This document shows positions 46,034-64,000 of a stretch of 64,000 nt of DNA, in pieces. Within the stretch, counting starts at the first letter, position 1, and the number at the start of each line of letters is the position of its first letter. The stretch is from Phoronis australis (taxonomy: Eukaryota; Animalia; Phoronida), in assembly GCA_002633005.1 (NCBI GenBank), contig NMRA01000325.1, positions 227,290-291,289 of the forward strand, in the 5' to 3' direction. The translations under genes and the position numbers were made by a program. The notes below the pieces were generated by a model, which was given only the letters and a program-made list of their open reading frames with translations, made no database searches and was not told where the DNA came from.

Positions 46034-46267
46034 TTTTTCTTTAAAATATCTTCATGGAAGCATCCGGATGTCTCACTGAAAGTATAAACCAATGAAAACA
46101 CGTCAAAATCCAGAGCCCGGAAGATAATGTGATTTAAACCGAGGCTCCAGACGTGGCTGACGTTAAAGCCCATCACAGTACAAAGCTTAGAATTATTTGT
46201 GTTTCTGGTCAATCTCGTTCAACTTCCTTTTTATTTAATCGTCAAAAAGAACACCGAATCTGCCAAA
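46034..46267. promoter_or_regulatory. Putative compact bidirectional promoter VHL/Rab6
   Basis: Only 234 bp between divergent ATGs. CCAAT near 46089, ACGTGG and TGACGT motifs near 46151-46163. Confidence 0.65.
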
Positions 46268-63288
<17,021 letters not shown>

Positions 63289-63415
63289 TAGTATCTCTGT
63301 CTGATTTGCCTTCCAACAGGGGGAGTGTGCTCAGTGAAGCTTTGAAGCTGTCTTTTTTGATTGCCAATGTTGATTTGACTGAGGTATTCTCAGACAGCTG
63401 GAAGAGTTAGTTACA

Positions 63416-64000
63416 TTTTTATGCGCCCACATATTTATATGTGGACGCATTATGCCGTCATCTCCGTCCGTCCGTCCGGGCGGCGTCCGTCCGGCGTCTG
63501 GCGTCCGACGTCCGCTGCTCTATCTCCAAAACCCTTTGACATACGTTCATGAAATTTGGGACATATGTTCCATTCATGAATGGGACGGCATGTGCGAACT
63601 TTCGGATGGATCCGACTACCAGTGTGCCCCCTAGTGGCAATTTTAGTTTTTTACGCTTACCTTTGTATCTTCAAAAGTCCTGAACGGATTTTCATGAAAT
63701 TTGGTATGTAGGCACCTAGTAGTGAGATGACGCTATCCTGCCGTTTTCGGATGGATTCGACATAGTTTGCGCCACCTAGTGGCCATTTTTAGTGTTTTCG
63801 AGTCTGTTTTTGTGCTTCCACCCCTCTATCAACCAAACCGCTCAAAGGATGATTGTGAAAATTGGCATGTATGTGCTTACTATGTAGAGGACGGTTGACG
63901 ATGATTTTCCGACGATTTCGACTACTGTGGCGCCTCCTAGTGGCAGTTTTTTTTTTTTTGCGCCTATGGCTGTATCTCCTAAACCGTTCGCAGGATCTTT
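63416..64000 (+). mobile_element. HINE/DINE-1-like element, same family, running off the window
   Basis: Hairpin 63421-63450, (GTCC)n tract, diverged 145-160-bp tandem units starting near 63518, 63663, 63824 and 63970. Confidence 0.75.

Overview
This is eukaryotic, AT-rich, intron- and transposon-rich animal DNA. A marine invertebrate deuterostome is my guess from gene structure and repeat types, but the sequence alone cannot prove it. The window holds two head-to-head gene pairs. Pair 1: exon 1 of an EBP-like (EBPL) gene on the - strand (1902-2090) faces a complete 12-exon importin-alpha KPNA3/4 gene on the + strand (2611-40958, about 518 aa). Pair 2: a VHL gene on the - strand (45342-46033) starts 234 bp from a Rab6 gene on the + strand (exons 1-4, 46268-63253, continuing beyond the window). 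The VHL frame is broken just after the hydroxyproline-pocket Trp by a 150-bp insertion with a 5-bp duplication and an N at one junction. Introns contain many, often nested, DNA transposons with readable TIRs and TSDs: a hAT element with a 5-bp TSD and a spliced transposase, hAT MITEs with 6-bp TSDs, Harbinger MITEs, Kolobok-like, pogo/Tc1-like, Academ-like, Mutator-like and HINE/Helentron-like elements. Also present are a Penelope-like GIY-YIG remnant, three minimal hammerhead-ribozyme-like motifs, two long fold-back palindromes and two minisatellites, one of which forms a 363-nt AG-free zone at a splice acceptor. I saw no prokaryotic features, CRISPR arrays, rRNA or intact tRNA. All coordinates were read by eye.
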